Below, in pieces: positions 43,623 through 46,741 of a DNA stretch of 46,741 nucleotides (the first letter of the stretch is position 1; each line of letters starts with the position of its first letter). The stretch comes from Nitrospirae bacterium CG2_30_70_394. Lineage in GTDB: Bacteria > CG2-30-53-67 > CG2-30-70-394. The stretch lies in contig MNYW01000083.1 of NCBI GenBank assembly GCA_001873295.1, positions 299 to 47,039 of the forward strand. The letters are read 5' to 3'. The position numbers were made by a program, and so were the translations under genes. Below the pieces are notes generated by a model. That model was not told the DNA's origin, ran no database searches, and worked only from the letters and a program-made list of their open reading frames with translations.

Positions 43623-45424
43623 GCCTCCGTCCCCGTCCGGCCCGCTGGTTCGAGCTGGTGGTGGTGCGCGGCGAGGCGATGCGTGCCGCCGCGTCGCTCG
43701 CCGCCACCGGCGCAATGGAGGTTGAGGCTTTGCCCGGCGCCCCCCTGCACGGCGCCTCCCTCACCCGTTCGATTGCCCGCTTTCGCGACCTCGCCCGCCG
43801 CCACGGTCGCTACTGGCCGGCGGTGGAGGTGGCTCTCTCTCCCCTGACCCGGTCACCGCGGCCGGCGGTGGCCGCGGCCTTGCGCCGTCTCGCCCGGTGG
43901 GAGCGGGAGGGCGAGGCGACGATCCGCCTCCTCCAGGGGTTCGAGGCGGAGCGCGACCGGTTGCGCCTCTGGCAGACGGTGGCAGGAAGGCTGGGCGCCA
44001 GCGGGGTGGAGGTGGCGGGCCTGCTCGCGGCCGGCCCCGCCCTGGCGGTGGAGGTTGCCCTCCTCCCCGCGGTCGCCGCCCGGCTGGGGGTGGCGCGCCC
44101 GATCCTCACCCTGCAGGTGGCCCTCGACAGTAGCCGCACGGCGGTGGTGCTGGTGGGCCCGCCGCCCGAGGTGGCCCGCGAGGTGAGCCGCCTGGTGGAG
44201 CTGCGGGGCCGGCTCCTTACCCGCCTGGCGTGGCCCGGCGGGGAGGAGTTGGTGGGGTGGCTGGCGGCGCGCCTGGCCACGGTGGAGGGGGAGATCGAAC
44301 GCGCCTATGTCGCCCTCTTCGCCCTGGCGGAGCGGCTGGACCTCGCCGCCGCCCTCGCCGACCTCACCACCGTCGCCTGGTTCGTCGAGCGGGTCGGGCC
44401 GGTGGCGGCCACCCCCCTCTTCCTTCGTCTCACCGGCTGGACCTCCGACCCCGCCGCCTTGGTGCGCGCCTTGGAATGGGATGGGGTGGCGGCGCTGCTG
44501 ACCCTGCCGCAGCCGCCCGCCGGGGTGCGGCCGCCGTCGCTGCTGGTGAACCCGCCGTGGGTCCGTCCCTTCGAGCTCTTTGCCCAGGCGTTGGGCACCC
44601 CGGGAGAGGGGGAGGTGGACCCGTCGCCGTTGCTCGCCGTGGTGGTGCCGCTGCTGTTTGGCTACATGTTCGGCGACGTCGGCCAAGGCCTGGTCCTGGC
44701 GGCGCTCGGAATCGGACTGTGGCGGCGCGGGCCGGTGGCGCGGCTGCTCGCCGCCGGTGGCGTCGCCGCCGCCCTCTTCGGCCTCCTCTTTGGCTCCCTC
44801 TTCTGCCGCGTCGATCTCCTCTCCCCCCTCTGGCTGCACCCCCTCGACCAGCCAATCGCACTCCTCGTTTTTCCGATCGTTGCCGCGGTCCTCCTCCTCG
44901 CCGGCGGCCTCTGCCTCGCCGGGTTGGAGGCGGTGTGGGTGGGGGAGGGGGGGCGGTGGCTGCGGGAGGAGGGGGCGCTCCTCTTCGTCTACCTCGGCCT
45001 CGCCGGCGGCATCGCCTTCCGGCCGCTTTTCGGCCTGGCGGTGGTTGGGGCCCTCTACCATCTGGCGGTGGCACTCCTCGCCGGTGGCGGGGCCGGAGCC
45101 GCCGTCGCCCTGGGCCGGCTGGTGGAGGAGGGTCAGCGGCTGGGGGTGAACACCCTCTCCTTTGCGCGGGTCGGCGCCTTTGCCCTCGCCCACGCCGGCC
45201 TCGCCTCGGTGGTGGTTACCCTCGCCCACGCCGCGGGCCCCTTGGCGCCGCTGGTCTGGGTGGTGGGCAACGCGGCGGTCATCGTGCTGGAGGGGCTGAT
45301 CGTCTCCATCCAGACCACCCGCCTCGTCCTCTTCGAGTTCTTCGCCCGCTTCCTGCGCGGCGAAGGGCGGCCGTTCCAACCCCTCACCCCGCCCACCCTC
45401 GCGGAGGTCGGCCATGGTGGGTGA
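43619..45424 (+). CDS. V/A-type ATP synthase subunit I (a)
   Basis: PPSLLVNP..RPFE, EVDPSP, FGYMFGDVGQG, NTLSFARVGAFALAH (essential Arg), IQTTRL..FEFF and GRPFQP. Confidence 0.92.
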   Translation: MSLRPRPARWFELVVVRGEAMRAAASLAATGAMEVEALPGAPLHGASLTRSIARFRDLARRHGRYWPAVEVALSPLTRSPRPAVAAALRRLARWEREGEATIRLLQGFEAERDRLRLWQTVAGRLGASGVEVAGLLAAGPALAVEVALLPAVAARLGVARPILTLQVALDSSRTAVVLVGPPPEVAREVSRLVELRGRLLTRLAWPGGEELVGWLAARLATVEGEIERAYVALFALAERLDLAAALADLTTVAWFVERVGPVAATPLFLRLTGWTSDPAALVRALEWDGVAALLTLPQPPAGVRPPSLLVNPPWVRPFELFAQALGTPGEGEVDPSPLLAVVVPLLFGYMFGDVGQGLVLAALGIGLWRRGPVARLLAAGGVAAALFGLLFGSLFCRVDLLSPLWLHPLDQPIALLVFPIVAAVLLLAGGLCLAGLEAVWVGEGGRWLREEGALLFVYLGLAGGIAFRPLFGLAVVGALYHLAVALLAGGGAGAAVALGRLVEEGQRLGVNTLSFARVGAFALAHAGLASVVVTLAHAAGPLAPLVWVVGNAAVIVLEGLIVSIQTTRLVLFEFFARFLRGEGRPFQPLTPPTLAEVGHGG

Positions 45425-45497
45425 GAATCGAAACTCGCGGACATGCCAGCGATGTGGTGCGCGCCCACCCTCGCGGAGGTCGGCCATGGTGGGTGAG
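45390..45497. repeat. Exact 36-bp direct repeat pair with 36 bp between copies
   Basis: CGCCCACCCTCGCGGAGGTCGGCCATGGTGGGTGAG at 45390-45425 and 45462-45497. The first copy contains the subunit I stop codon. Confidence 0.92.
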
Positions 45498-45745
45498 CGC
45501 GATGGCCTGCCTCCCCTGCACCAGGTTGGTCCTAAGGCTCTCTCGCGGGTTGTTTCGGGGGAGGTGCGGGTGTCGGTGGCCCGGTGGCTCGCACGGCTCT
45601 CTCGCGGGTCACCCCCTCGCCCCGCCGAGCCTTCCCCCCCTTTGCGCCCGCTGGGGCTCTGGGCGAGCCTCCCCTTGTTGGTGGCGACCCCGCGCGTTGT
45701 TCCTGTCGCCGACCCCGCACCCTGTAGAACCCCAAGGAGGTTCCT

Positions 45746-46087
45746 ATGCGTCTGAAGCTCACCGTCGTGCTCTCCCTCGTCACCCTGCTGTTCGCCGGGG
45801 GCGCCACCTGGCTCCTCCTTGGCGCGGTCCCCGCCCTCGCCGCCGGGGCGGGGATGGAGCTGGACCCCGGGATCTGGCGCTGGGGGATGGTCGCCGCCGC
45901 GGGAGCCACCGGCCTCTCGGTCCTGGCCGCGGCCTACGCGGTGGCGGTGGTCGGGTCGGCGGCTGCCGGCGCCTTGGCGGAAAAGCCCGAGCTCTTCGGC
46001 CGCCTGCTCATCTTCGTCGGCCTGGCGGAGGGGATCGCGATCTACGGCCTGATCGTGTCGATCCTCATCCTCAACCGGCTGGGCTAA
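45746..46087 (+). CDS. V/A-type ATP synthase proteolipid subunit K (c)
   Basis: AAGGAGG RBS; leader helix plus one hairpin, AEKPELFGR..GLAEGIAIYG with the ion-binding Glu. Confidence 0.92.
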   Translation: MRLKLTVVLSLVTLLFAGGATWLLLGAVPALAAGAGMELDPGIWRWGMVAAAGATGLSVLAAAYAVAVVGSAAAGALAEKPELFGRLLIFVGLAEGIAIYGLIVSILILNRLG

Positions 46088-46126
46088 GGGTTGGCCGCCG
46101 CTCCCCCGCGGGGCTGCGGCGGGCCA

Positions 46127-46646
46127 AGTAGGAGGTAGGAAAGGGGAGGAGGGAGGCGAGGGTGGGGTCGCGGGGGAACCGCCGCCTTGGTCGCGGCCTG
46201 AAAGGCGGGTGTCGCGCGGAGGGGCGGCGCGGGGGAGGGAAGATGGCTTGTCGAGCGGGCCGCAAACTGCGAACGGGCGCGAATCGTGGACGGGGAGGAG
46301 ACGAGGGCCGCGCTGGAGTTGGCGATCGGCTCCGCCCGGCGTGCACCTCGGCGCCCCCGTGGTCACGACCGGTCGCCCCGCTTTGGGTCTTGGTCTCTTC
46401 GTGTGACGCGGCCGTTTTGCCTTCGCGCGCCTCCCTGTTGGGCGGCTGCACGTTTTGCGGCTCCTCGTCACGGTCGCCAAAGTGCGACAGACTCCTGGAG
46501 GTCGGTCGCTTGGGTGATCGAGTGGGAAGGCCGGCGCTGACCCGCGGACGACGGGGTGGGGTCGAGAAGGAGGTCGTTGCAAGGCCACCTGACCCCACTC
46601 CACCCCCATCGCCTCTGCTCCTTCCTACCTCCCTCCTCCCTCCCCC
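46127..46646 (+). repeat. Dispersed modular repeat, copy 3, inside the V-ATPase operon
   Basis: Purine arm 46127-46156 is partly complementary to pyrimidine arm 46621-46646. Shared modules at 46236-46286 and 46361-46376; IS-end-like GACAGACTCC at 46486-46495. Confidence 0.75.
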
Positions 46647-46741
46647 ATGCCCGCCATCCTCTTTCTCGGCGAGGAGCTGACCGCGGCGGGGCTGCGTCTT
46701 GCCGGGGTTGCGGCGCGGGTGGTGGGGGAGGGTGGGGTGGA
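46647..46741 (+). CDS. V/A-type ATP synthase subunit F, 5' part (runs off the window; not in the ORF track)
   Basis: ATG 46647 reads MPAILFLGEELTAAGLRLAGV, matching the GDxxTxxGFRLAG start of subunit F; expected position after K. Confidence 0.8.
   Translation, partial: MPAILFLGEELTAAGLRLAGVAARVVGEGGV

Noticed and set aside
45414-45755. 113-aa ORF starting at the duplicated RBS/ATG between subunits I and K
   Set aside because: Low-complexity Pro/Arg sequence with no family motif, and subunit K has its own strong RBS.
43853-46609. 918-aa minus-strand ORF
   Set aside because: Antisense to V-ATPase I and K, with no recognisable motifs.

Overview
A high-GC (roughly 70% by eye) chromosomal segment from a bacterium that is probably diderm. 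No rRNA, tRNA, cas or phage genes were recognised. Housekeeping and other single genes: sppA, psd, a DedA protein, queF, trxB, a polysaccharide deacetylase, a glucosaminidase, an orphan OmpR-type regulator, trkAH, two CBS/CorC proteins, aspS, a DEAD/DEAH helicase, a GGDEF cyclase, an RND pump with its adaptor, clpSA, a DUF255 protein and a PGM/PMM. There are three bioenergetic modules. (1) A more AT-rich, Wolinella-type dihaem frdCAB operon next to an IS1182-like remnant. (2) An unusual Rieske/cytochrome b operon: FAD/Fe-S NAD(P)H oxidoreductase, Rieske protein, split cyt b6 and subunit IV with an APWY Qo motif, an octahaem cytochrome c and a protein with an amicyanin-like copper site, all behind an FNR-like box. 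(3) The start of a V/A-type ATPase operon. The intergenic DNA is unusually structured. It holds four mutually unrelated repeat-spacer-repeat units of CRISPR-like size (28-39 bp exact repeats, 30-38 bp between copies). It also holds a dispersed, modular repeat family with inverted purine/pyrimidine arms inserted inside operons. All calls come from reading motifs by eye; no database searches were run.
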